Shown piece after piece: positions 62,565-64,000 of a stretch of DNA of 64,000 bases. This stretch comes from Takakia lepidozioides (taxonomy: Eukaryota; Plantae; Bryophyta): assembly GCA_030704615.1 (NCBI GenBank), contig CM060731.1, positions 23,684,001-23,748,000 on the forward strand, in the 5' to 3' direction. The notes under the pieces are model-generated. The model saw only the letters and a list, made by a program, of their open reading frames with translations, did not search any database and was not told the origin of the DNA. Made by a program: the position numbers and the translations under genes. The stretch's first letter is position 1, and every line of letters begins with the position of its first letter.

Positions 62565-62929
62565 CCGACTTTCATCATGTGTAAATGGACGTAGGAAGAC
62601 ATTTTGTACATTGAGGTGGCTTCCTCCACCGTGTATATATATACATAGGCATTGATGTGTATTTGGATGCAGTTTTTCATGCTATATTGAAGAGAGTTTG
62701 GGTGGACGTTATATGTGAATTTGGGTATTTTGAATTATATAGTGTCTCCTTCATGTGGTGAAGCAATGTATGTATTCCCCTCGTGTGTATAATGTGTACT
62801 TTGGGTTTTATCTTGTATGATAATGAACAACGCCATGTATGGAAACTGATAATGACATGGTTGTTTTTGGCATCTTAGGATGCCGGCCATAACCCCACGA
62901 CGTTAATTCATGAAGTTCATGATCTTGTC

Positions 62930-64000
62930 ATGAACCGGGATTTTGTTCCTTCGAAGGGGGGGGGGGGGGGGGGGGGACAAAAGGACCCGGCCCCGTCTGA
63001 AATGGCGGTCTCCGATGATGAGGATAACAATGACAATGGAATTATGCATGAGGATGTGGCAGCAATGGAGGACCTCTTAATGCATCAGATGGTAGATGAG
63101 GACACAGACTCTTTGAATGACATGGAAAAAGAAGCCAAAACTCCCTTATATGAAGGGGCCAAAGTGAGTAGACTTTCAACCATCTTATTGTTGCTGAATT
63201 TGCAAATCTGGTTTGGCATAAGCAATGTGGGTATGTCCGCCATAATGCGGACTATTGCAGACTACATCCTTGCCCCACATTCGAAACCGAAAATGCCACG
63301 ATCAAGAAAAGAGGCAAGAGCAGCCTTGGATGCTGTGGGGATGGGCTATAAGATTTTTCATGCATGTCCATGTGATAAAACCCTGTACTACGGAGAGGAT
63401 GCGAAACTCACCAAGTGTCCAAAGTGCAACAAAGACCTATATCGGGATGATGTTCAAGGGAAGAAAGCCCTGCGCAAGGTATACCCGCGCCACAATACAC
63501 TTGTATATTGCATTCTACCTTTTTGCAACCGCTGCAAGACGTAAGGTTTTACTTAGAGATATGAATGACACTGATTATGATATGGGGCCGACATGGGGAT
63601 GGTGCCAGAAAATGCACTACTTTCCAATCATCTCGCGACTGCAGGCACACTATCGAAGCCCCTCATTGGCAGAACTGATGAGATGGCACGCCTCGCATCG
63701 GAGCCCCCCGGGAAAGGTGTGCGGGCCACAAGATTCACAAGCATGGAGGCATACTGAAGAGATGTGGCCTTTTCTCTTGGAGGACCCATGACATGTCCGC
63801 CTCGGCTTCTCCTCGGATGGGGTCAACCCATTCTCTGTCCAGTCATGTAGTCATTCCACTTGGCCGGTGACCATGGTGAATTACAACATCCCTCCGTATC
63901 TTTCAATAAAAAAATGCCATATCATATTGGCTGCCATTGTACCGGGTGAGTGTTCCCATTTCATGCTTATTATTACTTTGGATTTTACATTAATTTTCTT
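62930..64000 (+). mobile_element. CACTA/EnSpm TnpD (Transposase_21-type) transposase, decayed, runs off the window end
   Basis: TPLYEG, IFHACP, CPKC, YFPIISRLQ, LMRWH, DSQAW, DP*HVRLGFSSDGVNPF, STWPV, YNIPP. Confidence 0.93.

Overview
Eukaryotic, intron-containing plant DNA. It is most likely a non-seed land plant such as a bryophyte/hornwort; this is an inference from the Tcn1-type chromovirus, the TMEM104-like gene and a PME31 orthologue. Three host genes are present: a TMEM104-like transporter (~218-7190), a PME31-like pectin methylesterase (47161-48231) and a RanBP2-type zinc-finger protein (50259-52089, minus). Between the first two lies a ~33-kb nest of transposons. A dual-endonuclease (APE+RLE, Dualen/RandI-like) LINE is split by (i) a Ty3/Gypsy element whose pol carries a C5 DNA methyltransferase and a C-terminal PHD finger, (ii) a MULE-like DNA transposon carrying a ParB-like/beta-class amino-methyltransferase gene whose intron holds six ~24-bp palindromes, and (iii) a Tcn1-type chromovirus with two MITE insertions. 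The LINE itself has a chromodomain, a PCIF1/CAPAM-like methyltransferase-fold segment, RNase H and a structured 3' end. At the right end, a CACTA transposase is preceded by a SET-domain gene. The main observation is that four unrelated TE superfamilies each appear to carry a different class of methyltransferase, and three TEs carry histone-reader domains. All TE copies are decayed (stops/frameshifts). Domain calls come from motif recognition by eye and need profile searches.
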